NCBI RefSeq assembly: GCF_004010195.1
Contig: NC_057711.1
Location: 73,593,399 to 73,657,398 of the forward strand
Direction of reading: 5' to 3'
Length of the DNA: 64,000 nt
DNA from: Chiloscyllium plagiosum
Taxonomy: Eukaryota
Position numbers and translations under genes: made by a program. This document shows positions 39,210 through 52,700 of this stretch, piece after piece. How positions within the stretch are numbered: position 1 is the stretch's first letter; the number at the start of each line of letters is the position of its first letter. Under the pieces are notes generated by a model. The model had not been told where the DNA came from. It ran no database searches and was given only the letters and a program-made list of their open reading frames with translations.

Positions 39210-39470
39210 TATATGGCATAGCAATGCCCTCTTGTTGACTACACCTGTTGAGATTCTCTTCACTTTTTCAATCATGTCTTCCAGAAAAATAACTACAGGA
39301 AATCCAAGGCCCTGTATAATTGCAGCAAGGCATCCCGGATGCTGTACTCGATTCCTTCCATAATGAAGGCCAACATACCATTTGTCTTCTCCACTGCCTG
39401 TTACACTTGCATCTTACTTTCCTTGACTGGCATACACCCAAGTCTTGTTGCACTTTTCCCTTTCCCATTT
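39210..39470 (-). mobile_element. CR1 LINE fragment
   Basis: GKGKVQQDLGV; AATGGTATGTTGGCCTTCAT on the minus strand. Confidence 0.75.
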
Positions 39471-39794
39471 GATCATTTGCATTCCCTTAACTTTTTCAGG
39501 TGACCAAAATTTGTTTGGACTCACTAATGTTTAGAAATGGAGTAAAACACTGGACCTCTAAAGACACCTTGGTTTGCCTGGCTGGGTTCAGAGTTGTGTT
39601 GTATGTTATTTTTCAACTGTGTAAATTTAAGGTGTTTATTTCATTGATACATGTTTTGTAAGCCAAAGGTAATTATACAGAACATGTTTTTTTTTTAAAA
39701 TGGTTACCAAACAGATTTTGATTGCAGTTAGAATATTGCAGTAATAAACACAAAATTTGACCTATCTTATTGTTACTCATTTTCTTTTACATTT

Positions 39795-40410
39795 AGAACA
39801 TAAGGACGAGAGCAGCAGTCGGCTGCTCTGCCATTTAATACCATCATGGCTGATCGCAACTCAGCCTCAACTCCACTTCCTGGTTGCTCTCCATGACCCT
39901 ACAACTCCTTACTAATTAAAACTCTGTTTGTCTTTCCTTAAATTTACCCAATGTCTCACATCCACTGCTCTCCAGGGTAGTGAATGCCTCAAATTCATGA
40001 CCCTTTAAGAGAAATAATTTCTCCTCAGCTTTCTTTTAAATCTGCTACCCTTTATCCTAAAACTATGATCTCTCATTCTAGATTTCACATGAGGAAACAT
40101 CCTCCCTATGTCTACTGTGTCAATCCCCTTTAACATCTTATATATCTCAATTAGATCTCCTGCCATTTTTCTAAACTCCAGACAGTATAGGCCTAAACTT
40201 TTCAATTTTTCTTTCTAAGACAAACCCCTTATTTCTGGAATTAATATAGTGAACTTTCTCTGAATTGCCTCCAATACAACTACATTCCTCCTCAGGTAAG
40301 GGGACCAAAATTGTACGTGATACTCCACCTGTGGTCTCACTAATGCTCCTGTGCAGTTGCAATAACACTTCTCTACTTTTATACTCTATTCCTTTTGCAA
40401 TAAATGCCAA
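39795..40410 (-). mobile_element. CR1 LINE 3' fragment
   Basis: AFIAKGIEYKSREVLLQL; LGLYCLEFRKMAGDLIEIYKMLKGID. Confidence 0.9.
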
Positions 40411-41151
40411 ATTTTATCCTTCCATGTGCTATTCAAAAACTGACTTAAATATAGAAAGTAGGTTATGGGAAATGATATTAGGAAGCTATAATTGGAAATT
40501 ATAGACATGAATTGTATTTCATGGCTCTGAGGTGTAATTCCTCATGCCTAATTTCATCTAACCCTATTAGTATACCCTTCTATTTGACTCTTCATCATGA
40601 ATAATGATTTGGAATGATATGTCTGAAAGTTTGGGGGAAGCAAATTCAAATGTAACTTTCAAAAGAGAATTGGGTATAAGCTAGAAAGTGAAAAAACTGA
40701 GGGGTTGGGGTAGTGGTGGGGGAAGCATAAAAGTGTGACAAATTAAAGTCAGCAAAGGCGACTGAGTCTGAATGTGGTCTTTTGCTGCAATATCATTCTG
40801 AAGATCCTTTTGTGAGCATATGTAGGCATAACAGGTTGGATTTGGAGGGTTTTTTTAACAAAGAATTTTTGGAATATTATTGGGACCTGAATGACGTGGG
40901 GTATGGTGAGAAGTCCAATGAGGCCTATCTTGACATTAGGAACAACTTCTGCATCTTTAATGAAGTTCCAAAGATCGGACATGTATGGATGTTTTCCTTA
41001 AAACAGAGGAAGCTGAGAGATGTTGTAAGTTCTCATTAAGGTGTATCAAGTAATGAGGGGCTTGGTAAGAATAGACAGGGAAGACTTGTTTCCCCAGTGG
41101 AGAAATCATGACTGGTTGCATTCAAGATGACTGGTTGAAGGATTAGAGGGG

Positions 41152-41251
41152 AAATGTGTTGCTGGAAAAGCGCAGCAGGTCAGGCAGCATCCAGAGAACA
41201 GGAGAATCGACGTTTCGGGCATAAGCCCTTCTTCAGACCTCACTTTCTCCA
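41152..41251 (-). mobile_element. Family A mini-element with intact minus-strand core, nested in an old CR1 3' remnant
   Basis: Minus CTGAAGAAGGGCTTATGCCCGAAACGTCG; short plus-strand tail CCTCACTTTCTCC; perfect TSD GAAGGATTAGAGGGG at 41137-41151 and 41252-41266. Confidence 0.9.
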
Positions 41252-42263
41252 GAAGGATTAGAGGGGGCTTGAGGAAAACCATTTTCATCAAGACCCTGGT
41301 GGTGTGTGGAATTTACTTGGTTGTTGAGGTGGAAAACCTCAAGCGATTTAAAAAGTTTCCAATTTTCACTTGAACATTTGTAACCTGCAATGCTACAGAC
41401 CAAGTGCTGGATAGCAGGATAACAGTGGACAGCTAGTTTATTCCTCCAGTACAGACTTGAGGGGCTGAATGGCCTCTTACTGTGTTGCAGCCTTTCTATG
41501 GTTCTATTGTTCTAATAACCAACACAATTTAATTAATTCCTCAAACAATGTGACTATCTAACTCCAAAATTCTCCTGTGCAGTAGCAGTAACTATAGGGA
41601 AAGTAAAACAGAAATACATGGAAATAAATGTACTGGGCTTATTGGAGCTGCATTAATAATTATACAAGATGAGTCACACCAGAATGTATCATTTGCCACT
41701 TTTTCTGACTTTTCCCTGCACGAGTGAGTTGCAAGCAGAACAGTACAAATCGTGGCAATGTTTTTGTAAATATGAAATAGTCAATCATGTACTTATGGTT
41801 CATTCAGAACTCATTTGAAAATGTACCGTGCTTTGCTTGTGCACATTCACTGTAAGTGGATGCATCTGAACCTATGCCAATGCTTTAAATAATGGCATAA
41901 ACTATGTTGATGTTCTTAGCAAATTAAAACAGTCATATTGTCAACTACAAATATTTGCAATCAAGTTATGTTGGTAAATGTCCCTTTGGGAAGACTGATT
42001 GCCTCAGATGAAATAACAATTCGTGTTCATTTTGCTTGCACACACAAGAGAATTCTTGTTACAGCATTATCTTAACCTTGACTCTTCCATACCTAAATGT
42101 TTCAGGCTTTGCAGATGCTTAGACTGAGATTTCTTGAGAATAGACTTTCCTTTACCTTTTCAAGTAAAAGCATAGAAAATAGCACCACATGTGTTTCAGA
42201 TAGTAATTTTACAGGGTGGTTCTCTGAGGACAAATGAGCTGAAGTTGCTGTACTTACTAGTCT

Positions 42264-42958
42264 AATGATGACCATGTAAACATTATTTATTGCCATAAAT
42301 ACCATTCTGATTCACTTTAGGGAAGAAATTTGGCCATGGGTAACTTATCTGGCATATTATGTGACTCCAGATTATCGGGGGCATAGAATATAGGAGCAAG
42401 GAAATCTTGTTAAAACTTTATAAAACATTGGTTAGGCCAGGGATGGAATAATGTGTGCAGTTCTGCTCACCATGCTATAGGAAAGATGTGATTGTATGGA
42501 GAATGTGCAGAGAGATTCACCAGGATGTGGTGAATCCCTGGATGGAAAACTTCAGCTATAAGGAGATACTAGCAGGCTAGGTTAGTTTTCCTTGGAACAA
42601 AAGATAGAATTAACTGTGTCTTTCCAATTCACTCCATTTGAGAAACTGGACACTTCAAAAAACTAACAGCAAAAAAAGAGTGAGTGCCTGGTGAGTTGCA
42701 AGATTTCCTTGCTCCTATATTCTATGTTCCCGATAATGAAGCCAAGCATCTCATATGGCTTCTTCACCACTCTATCTACCTATTCTGACACTGTCAGAGA
42801 TCTATAAATGTACACCAAGTCCCTTTTATTCCTCAAAGAGTCAAACACATTGCTGTGAATTTGGAGTCACATAATATGCCAGACCAGTTAATGATGGCCA
42901 ATTTCTTTCCCTAAAGTTGGTATTTATGACAATAAACAATGTTTACATGGTCATCATT
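42264..42958. repeat. Local inverted duplication of a SINE+CR1 junction
   Basis: 42264-42369 inverted at 42860-42958; 42371-42409 inverted at 42699-42737. Confidence 0.85.
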
Positions 42959-43649
42959 TACCTCAGGGTAAACACTTGCTGCTTTGTGCTCACAGAGTTA
43001 TGGCTTTAGATAATGTTCCCAGTCATACGTATTCTCACTTCTTCGAATACAGTCGACTGGTACATGGCAGAAAGGCACAGCTTTCAGCTCAGGTGCAAGC
43101 TGAAGCACACATTGCAAGCTGGGGTTGACAAGGGCGGAACCACATGGAACCATGAAAGCAGTGAAGGAAAGGAAGGATGTGTTAGTCAAGGGTGTGCTGT
43201 GGTCTGTCTGTCTGTCTGGGTGGGTGAGTAGGTGGAGTTCAATGTAGTTAGTTTGGAGTAGAGGGTAGTGCGCAGTCAGTCTGGGGATTCATGTTGCAGT
43301 CAGTCAGTCCGCATCAAGCAGAGTGGGGTTTCTCTTCAGACACAGGAGCAGGTTGTGCTCCAATCCATCTGGGCTACAGTGTGTCTAAATATTGTTGACA
43401 TGCAGCCAGTCCAAGATGGTGAGAAATCTGTTCCAGGATGTCATCTTATCTCAAGCAATATTTGGGACATGGTCTCTGTGGTGGTGGGTGGGGTGCTGGT
43501 ATGGTGGAGGGAATGGTCACAAGAGTGAAGTGCAGTTGCATGAAGTTAGTCAGGTATTTGGAAGGTGAGGAGCAGGAGTGTATGGCCTCATGTGAGACAT
43601 TCAGGGAACAACAGGGTATGGGTGACTTCCATGAAGGGAGAGGAAGGGC

Positions 43650-43970
43650 TCGGCCATTAATCTCGTGAAGATGAGATTCAGATACCTGGACCAGTTAGGA
43701 TGGAAAATGCTGTACGCCCCAGAGTGTCTCACAGCTGAGTTGGTTGTTGTAACCTCCAAAATTTGACTCAATAAAGCGGGATGTCTTGGAAGATTAAGTG
43801 GAGGATAAAGGAGTTATAACAATATCCTGGAAAGAGAGTTCACACATGGAGGAATTTCATGCAGTACTTGCAGACCATTTGGATGGAGAAGGAGTAGAAG
43901 ATCTCCCTCTTGGTTGGATCTCATTAGATAGGTTCCTTGATGGCCACATGGGTCCAAATGAGAATGCCCA
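43650..43970. mobile_element. PIF/Harbinger (HARBI1-like) transposase remnant, internally inverted
   Basis: Minus: GILIWTHVAIKEP and FYSFSIQMVCKYCMKFLHV*TLFPGYCYNSFIL; plus: VKMRFRYLDQLGWKMLYAP..GCCNLQNL. Confidence 0.72.
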
Positions 43971-45540
43971 TCACCTTCTGAATCCACCTCTGGCAGTTAA
44001 ACCCAATACTCTCTGTCCGTGTCGGGCCTACCTTTTATTAATATTCTTTTTATTTTTTGATGAATTTTTCGGGCCAGAAGGTTGTTCATTTAGTAAGTTT
44101 GTTTCTAAAAAACAGTCAATCAATGAAAATTCAAGCTTTTTCACAGTTTATTTTAAAAATAATTGGTATCCTAATCTTTGATTTCTAACAGCTTTGTATA
44201 AATGATGTTGTAAACTGAAACAGCTAAGAACTCCATCCAGAAATATGTGATATGAAATGTGCAAATGTGAAATAAAATAGGTGGCAAAATGTTCTGCAGA
44301 AAAGCTTTGTAAAGCTTTAATGCACAGTATATTTTAAGGACAGAACATAACCTGATATAGAGGAAGAATAGGAACTGCTTCATTGAGTTTTTAATGTAAA
44401 TATTTCATGAGTGTTGTAAAATTGATAGCTGCCCTTCATGCAAAATTTATTGAGCTGTTACAGGAATACGCACATTAATAAATTGATACTTGGCTGTTAA
44501 TGAAACACTGGTGTTGCCAAAATTAAATAGCTAGTGTTACCTATTGTTTTACACTATTGCAAAATGAAACCAGATACAACATGTTGCATTGTTTTTGGTT
44601 TAAAAGACCCCAGAAAACAAAATACAATGGTAATGTTTCCAGACTTGATATCATGAAAGGTGGGTTATTGGTTTATGGCTGTGATCATCCACCTTTGTAA
44701 TGTTAGCAAAGCTACTTTGGAGGATATTAAATTTCTTCATCTCTGGGTGTGAAATAATAGAGGCATGTTCATTGTCACTCTGCTTTGTGAACCTTCATGC
44801 TGCAGACTCAGAGTGATGTTGGCAGAGACCTGGGAACACATTAAACACCTGCCTACCTGCCAGCATTGTGGCATAAAGTGAAATCTACTGGTAATGTCAA
44901 ACCCAAGTCTGATGTTGGAGTAAATGGATATTTTTCAAAGTTATACTCCCTGTGGTACAGAATGCTAACCCGGGAAATTCAACACTTGCCTGCTTTTCTT
45001 GCACACAAACTTTTAAATCCCAGGTCTAATACAACACAGCCAGATACAATATAAAACACCATCTTATTCTGAATAATTTGACTTTAAACCAATCTTGGAA
45101 TAGCTGTTTTGATTGTGTTGGAGAATTTTTGTTTCTGAGACCAGCCAAGGGAGGTTACTGGTTTAGTGATAACTGCTGAGTTCTTGAATGGTCTTGTGAA
45201 CGGGTTTAATATCTATTAATAATTGGTTTAAGCTACCCAAAGGTGAAGTACATCAATATCTAGACCACTTCTGGGTAGACACCTCTGATTGTGAAGATGG
45301 AGGTTAATCAGTTCATTTTTTTCTCCTTTTTCTCTTTCTGATGTTGAAACTTTCACCACATATGCCAATCCACCTTTAGGTTAGAAGACTTCTGTTCAAC
45401 TTTGTGCTTCGCTGCTGATGACCCTTTTCTTTTTAAATAGATATATTGTAATTATTCTCTTGAGTTGGTGTTAGCTGCACAGGGCAACGATTCTGTCCTT
45501 AGCTATAGCACTGCAAGTACCTTCAATTTTCTCCAGGTTT

Positions 45541-45817
45541 TAGATTAGATTCCCTCCGGTGTGGAAACAGGCCCTTCGGCCCAACAAGTCCACACTGACC
45601 CATCCCCCTCTGACTAATGCACCTAAGACTATAGGCAACTTACCTGACCTGCACGTCTTTGTGACTGTGGGAGGAAACTGGAGCACCCGGAGGAAACCCA
45701 CGCAGGCTCGGGGAGAATGTGTAAACTCCACACAGACAGTCGCCCGAGGCTAGAATCAAACCTGGGACCCTGGTGCTGTGAGGCAGCAGTGCTAACCACT
45801 GAGTCACTGTGCCACCC
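45541..45817 (-). mobile_element. HE1-type shark SINE
   Basis: Head GGGTGGCACAGTGACTCAGTGGTTAGCACTGCTGCC; (TAGAT)n tail. Confidence 0.92.
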
Positions 45818-48809
45818 AGGTTGTCTACAATGTTATGAAAGATCTTTATAGTTGGTCTGAAAGGCAATTTTTTAAAAAATAGGAGAGGGATCAATGGCTG
45901 ATTTCGGTGATTTTAATGAACATTAGTGAGAATCCATTTTTATTTGAAGCACTGTAAGGAGTCAAAATATTAAGTAAGAAGCAAGGTATTAAAAAAACAG
46001 CATTATTTACTTACTTTAGAAGTGGAACAAGTAAGTCATACACAAAGGCTACTGTGAGCACCACATTTGAGGTAAAGAACAGTTTTGAACTATTGCAACA
46101 TAGTTAGGAGAAGGGAAGGAGAGCATTTGTATTTAAATAGCACCTTAAATTGTTAATGACATTGTGACAACTTCTGTGCTTGTTCAAGGCAAACCTTGCA
46201 ATGAATCAATGAAATCTACTTTACCAAATGTATACCAACACTTGGACCCAAAGGAGAGTCATCTGGGACTTGAAATGTTAATTCTGTTTTCCTCTCCACA
46301 GATGCTGCCAGACCTTCTAAGTTTCACCAGCACTTTTGAGTTTTTAGTATAAAATACCAGTAAAATAAATTTAAAAATACACGTTCTATTGAATTTTGAT
46401 CATTACTGTGCACAACATCGTTCTGCCTAAAGAAACAATGATCTTGACTGCTTCTTTGTCCTGACACTTTTGATCCAAACAAATATGCAGAATGTGATTG
46501 AGTCTGCTCTTGCTCGTCTATTTCCAGACATCTAATAATTATTTTGCATGTGGTCTGAGAAATCTACCAATCACATTATTGGCCCTAAGAGTAAAGTGAA
46601 AAAGATACGCTTGTATGTCAGTTTCAACAATGATCAGTCCAATCTTTATACTGCCTTACTTGTTGAGATCAAGGCCAGTTCTTCACAGAACGCTGGGCAT
46701 CTTTTTCTTTCTATTTCAGTACTGGTCAATTAAGTTACGCAGATCAATTTTTCTTTAGAAAAATCCCAGTTATTTACTAAAAGAATAAAATTACAAAATT
46801 CTGTAGTTTCGACGAAATCATCTAACCATACAAGAGTCAAATAAAGAAAACACTCAATGCTATACTTTAAAAACAAGAATCACCGTAAGTTAAACATGAA
46901 TTAGCAGCAAAACAAAATCAGCTGTTGGAAGTCAGAAACACAAAGGTAAATTGCTGGAGAACACTATGAGCTGAATCTCCTGAAGAGTGGCGACCACAAT
47001 TGGATTGCTAGTCCTCTCCTACTTTTTCCTACTAATGTCAATTATATCTAAAATCAAAGTCCTCCTTGTAGATCTGGATTGTTGGTGGTGAAGATAAGTC
47101 ACACCTATTTTTTGTCACTCACTGTTTATTCTGGAAGGCTTTGGGATATTTAAACAGCTTTTCACTGTTAATGAATCAAAGGTAGTCAATGAATGAGTGT
47201 AGGAGTGAAACCTAGAATTCAATAAAAATCTGGAAGTAAAAGTGACCATGTAATCACTTGATTTTTTAAAAATCCGGTTTACTTTAAAGAAGAAAAGCTG
47301 CCATCTTTACTTGGTCTAACCTACATGTGACTCTGGACCAACAGCAACATGATTGATTCTTAAAAGCCCTCTGTGCAATTAGGGATGTTCAATTAATAGA
47401 AATTGCTGGAAAAACTCAACAGGTCTGGCAGCATCTGTGAAGAGAAAGCAGGTCACAGACCTGCTGAGTTTTTGTATGTATAAACAACGAATTGTTGTGG
47501 CTTGTACACTGCAACTTACACATTTTTTCATGCTGTCTAAATGACCTTTCACATTTTCTAATAATGGGGAAGAAACTTTCCTTGGAGGGAGATGGCAGGT
47601 CAGCTTAACATTATTTTGCAGAGCAATGTGCTGCGTCTTTTAAAAAAATTGACCAAACCTCTGAATAACTTTGGAAATTCCCGTTGAAATTCTCTTTCAT
47701 TCTCAGTGTGGAGCACTGTATCCACAATCTCTAAGCGAACTAGCTCATTGCATGCAATTCTACTTAGTAGTGAAGTGTTCTGGTTCTGTTGTATTCACAG
47801 ATTCTCAATGATTTCTCATCATTTAGTGGTAAATTGACCATGCAACTGAGGGTCTGTGCATGTGAACCTCGCAGCTTTAGCTCACAGGTTGCAGTTTAGG
47901 TGTCAGCAAAGGTGTCAACCAGTATTGAAATATCCACCTTTGTGTTGAATTTAAAATTTGTTTCTAACTCTTGCTCTTTTAAGATGATAGTTGTGATTTT
48001 CTGCTGGCTATGTTTGACCTCATCTAGAAATGTTGCCTCACTTTGTTGATCTTTATCATTAATTTCTAGACTTTTTCTTTTCCAAATAATTTCTCTTTGT
48101 CAGGAATTTTTCCATTGATAGGATTTACCCTCTGTTTCTGTGGCGATGTAGACTCTGCTGTTTGATAATATTTCTTGAAATTTCCTAATCACCCACATTG
48201 ATAACACTCAGCTCCTTCAAATGTGCACTTGTTGAGCTAGTGCTATTGCCTTGAATAATAGCTTGAACAACCTAATACAGGAAATAGCACAATTTCTGTG
48301 TCTTTGGGCTTTTGGTGGGCTTTTGGAAAATTGCAATTTTGTGTCTATCCACCTGTCCATATGGAAGGATACCCAGTGTTGGAAAACAAATAGACTGATT
48401 CACAGATCTGATTTTCTTTTATGTATGATATCAGATCATTTGTTTCATCATAAGTTCCTTTAGTTATTTAATGGTACAGAATTTGAGTTTTGCTGAAAAA
48501 GTTACATTTTGAAGGAACTTTTCATTGTTTACTTATCAGAACAAATTGCATGAATAGCTATGCAATTGGGAAAAGCAACATTTGCACTGCATGGAAAGAG
48601 AATGCTAATTAGTTGGCAAGTGGACTTTGAATGCACTGCACCTAATGCAACTTAACAAAGTAGGTGATAGCCATTCTTTGGTCTATTCCTTAGGCTGTAG
48701 CCTGACCACTCAGTGCCAACCTGCTTGGTTTAAACTTTAAGCAAATCCGAACAGTTAAAATGTTAATCATCATTAATCGATGCATTCTCCATGGCAGAGC
48801 CTTTACCTA

Positions 48810-49730
48810 TACCAGACAAGTGGAATGACCTTTCTTTGAAGGGTTGTGAATTGACATGGTGGATGTTGAGACACTGAATAAATTTGATGAGGTAGAAAGA
48901 TTTTTAATAATTAATGGTTTAAAGGGTATAGCAGGTGGGCAGGAAAGTGGAGTTGAGGCTCGGATGAGATCAGTCGTGATCATATTAAATGGTGTATAAG
49001 CTTGAAGTGTTGAATTACCTACTCATACCCCTAGTTGTTATGCCTATGCTGATCAGAGATTTGAAAGAATGGCATGTGTCTACATATCGGTGATTGTTCT
49101 GCCAACGGATCCCCAGATCGGGCAAGCGTAGATAGGATAGTGAAGAAGGCATTTGATATGTTTTCCTTTATTGATCGGAGTATTTAGTAGGGGAGTTGGG
49201 AGGTCATGTTGCAACTGTACAGGACGTTGGTTTGGTCACTTTTGGAATATTGTGTGTAATTCTGGTCGCCTTCCTATCAGAAGAATGTTGTGAAACGTGA
49301 AAGGGTTCAGAAAAGATTTCCAAAGAAGTTGCCAGCTTTGGAGGATTTGAGCTATCGGGAGAGGCTGAATAGGCTGGGGCTGGGGCTGGGGATTCAATAA
49401 GTAGACAAAGTCTTTTCCCTGGGGTGGGGAGTCCAGAACTAGAGGGCATAGATTTAGGATGAGAGGGGAAAGATATAAAAGGGACCTAAGAGGCAACTTT
49501 TTCACGCAGAAGGTGGTGAGTGTATGGAATGAGCTGTCCGAGGAAGTGGTAGAGGCTGGTTTGTAACATTTAAAAGGCATCTGGATTGTATATGAATAGA
49601 AAAGGTATACAGGCATATGGGAGAAGTGCTGGCAAATGGGACCAGATTAGGTCATCTGATCGGCATGGACGAGTTGGACTGAATGGTCTGTTTCCATGTT
49701 GTACATTTCTATGATTCTATGACTCTATGT
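48810..49730 (+). mobile_element. Two CR1 LINE 3' fragments (about 48810-49060 and 49110-49730)
   Basis: GGGACCTAAGAGGCAACTTTTTCACGCAGAAGGTGGTGAGTGTATGGAATGAGCTG; (TCTATGA)n tail at 49708-49729. Confidence 0.88.
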
Positions 49731-52700
49731 CTTGGCAAATGTATTATTTGGACTTCATGTAATGTGATGCATTCTGTCTAATGCATTTGCATCTATTCTT
49801 TCATGAAGTTCTTTTACTAACAACTTGCCAAAATGCAAAATTGCAACTTCTGGAGCTACGTGTTGAACTAAGACGGAGAATAAGTTATGTTAACATTTTG
49901 TAGAAAATATTTTGGTGCCGCCATTGTAACTTTGCCCACTTACTGTAGCAACTATAGGCTTTGATACCTTCAACTTGGATAATTACTCCAAGATCATTAA
50001 AGCATGTGTTACAATTGCTCCTAAAAGAATTATTGAGCATTAAATGTTCCCAGGAATTAAACTCAAGATAAATACGCATATCCAGAAATCACTGCAATTC
50101 AACATCTAAGTTAAATTGTTTTTTTCTTCAACTATCCCCGCCAGACTGCTTCCTTCAGGAACAAACCAACATCATTAGCACTCTCAACCCTATTTGCAAC
50201 ATTACACAGGATCATTCCAGCTTAATAAAAACTATCACACTCTTTTGTTAGTTAGTTAGATTAACATCTTATTTAGCATTAGTAGAAATATCCCCCAATA
50301 ATATCATCATACCTAATGCAGAGAAAGAGCATTTTGAATTCTTTGTCAATACTGATAAAGTCTGGACTCTAATAAAATATTAAAATGATTGCTGCAAATA
50401 TGAACCTTGATAGTTGAGCTACAGATTGTACCAAGTGAGTATCCAATTGAATGAAGACATTTATGGACATCTAGGGAATTCACACGACTGAAACTTGATT
50501 CTGAACTAAAACGCGATTCTGAACTCAAACTACTAGTGGCCCCTGACTACTTGTTTTACCATAAGTCATAAAACTAGGCATTGTAAACACTTAATCAATT
50601 AATACCATAGGGATCCTGTTTGGCACCTAAGTTGTAAGCTTTCTTGTATATAATATCATTAGTTCACTGTTCTCAATGAATGCCTGAGCTCTTAAAAAAT
50701 GTCATCTGCACAGAACTAAAATCACAAGTCAAATTTACCACTATTTTAAAATCCCAATGTTGATATATTATGAACCTTTATTATAGCATGCTGTAGCTGC
50801 ATGTGAATTTTCAGTGACAGCATTGGTTTCTGCTTGGTATGTTTAATCATCCAGTGTGAAGATTGCTGTATGGCTGACTTGGTGAAAGGATAAATAAGAT
50901 AATGGGTAGAATGGTTTAGGTAAGTGGGCAAATGAATAGGGTGTTTGAGTTGATAAGTTGGGATGGAGGCAGGAGATGAGGTAATAGGTGACAAGGATGA
51001 TCAGTGGGTGAGATGGTAGGTGGGTTGGGGTTTAGTCAGGTGGTCGTGGCAGATTGTGTACTTGAGTAGTACAGTCAGTTGGGGTTGGGTGGTGCTCAGG
51101 GATTATAGTGTAAACAGAGTTTCAGCAGGGAAGTTATCTGGTTGGAGGGATTGCTGGGGGGTATTCTAAGTTCAAGCAGTATAATTAGGGGATCAGAGCA
51201 AGTAGTCAGATGTTTGTGGGGGTGGGGAGGGGGATTGTGGTCAGGGGTTCCCAGAGAGGTGAAGGTGGGTATCAAGGAGAGTGTTGAGAGGTCAGTTTGA
51301 GAGACTGGGAGTAAGTTGTGTAATTACCAGGAGTTAAACTGGCTTTAAATAGCTGTAAAAGGTCTCTGAATCATCTCAGATTCAGAAGCACTTGCAAAGT
51401 ATTCCAGAAACTAGTGGATTTGCCCTGCAGAGGCTTAGTGCATGAGGGGCTCCACAGCTTGGTGCATAAGCGTAATCTCTGGTTATCTGGAAACATAAGA
51501 TTGGGTCATGATAACAAAAATGAGAATGATCATGTGCTGTTTTCTTCCTGATGCTCATTCTGTATACCACTGACCATTTAGCTCACTATAACAATCATGA
51601 TAAAAGATGCTTCCTCTTTTCAAAATTACAACTTATCAACAGTTCTGTATGTAAAACATTTTCAATGTAAATAGTTTAAAGAGCAGTATGCTTTGGAAAA
51701 TATTCATAAAACACAGTTTCCTATTTAATATATGCAATTTGAACTACTTTGTATCAGATGTTTTAACTATATTCTAAGTAATTATATACAGAAATGCAAT
51801 CTTACACCTTACAAAACTGATGAAAGGAAATTTAAAACCTAATTAAAATTTAAAATAATTGCTTCATTATGCCTTTGCTATTTAGTTGCATTTTGCAGAG
51901 GTAGAATATCACATACATTCATGAAGTGTGAAGACAATAACATAGACAGCGGTTAGCTCAGCAGGATATTGTAACCTGCACGCATAGTTTGCAGCTCAGC
52001 TAATGAGCTCTTAAAACAATTCTGTTAAACATCCTCTCATATTATTGATTTCTATTCAAAGTATAGGAATGATCCTAATTGATGCAGTGAAGTGAGGAGA
52101 AAAAAATTGATCCTAAGTTTGCTGTACAGTTGGAAAGTACACTCAGCCACTGCCCAAACTTGACCTGAGTTCATTGGACCTAACACACTAGAGCTGTTAA
52201 TTGTATGTGTGGTTAGGCTACAATGTACGGTGCATTCATCTTAAGTAAAATCATTTAGGTCATGCTGTCAGCTTTGAAGTTATTTGCAAAAAGCAATTAA
52301 TTTCACAAATAAAGGTCTGACTTTAGTAGCAGGTAAGAGGTGCATGACTATGTGATGAATGAATTGAGTGATGTGATGTCATGTTGCAGCCTATTACATA
52401 ATAGCCTGAATGGCTGGATTCCTATTACCTTCTGGAAACTAAAGCGTGGAAAACCTTGCTTTACACTGTTATCTGTGATCTGCAGTTGAGAAGTTCAAGT
52501 TCTGTGTCTTTAGTTCAATGCAATGTGAGATCACTGGCATTAGTCACTGGTCACACACCAGCTTCAATGTCATGGCAAACCAGAAAGTACATTGTTGCAA
52601 ATCAAAGATTGTGTATGAATGTAACCTAACCAACATTTTTATAGAGTTTCAAAGACTTATATAACACAGAAGAGGCCCTTTGGCCCATCAAAACTGCAAC

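Noticed and set aside
50850..51350. G/T-skewed tract with G-runs (similar at 9340-9540 and 43200-43640; pyrimidine-rich tract at 37470-37920)
   Set aside because: Low-complexity degenerate repeat interior with no regular period and no supportable function.
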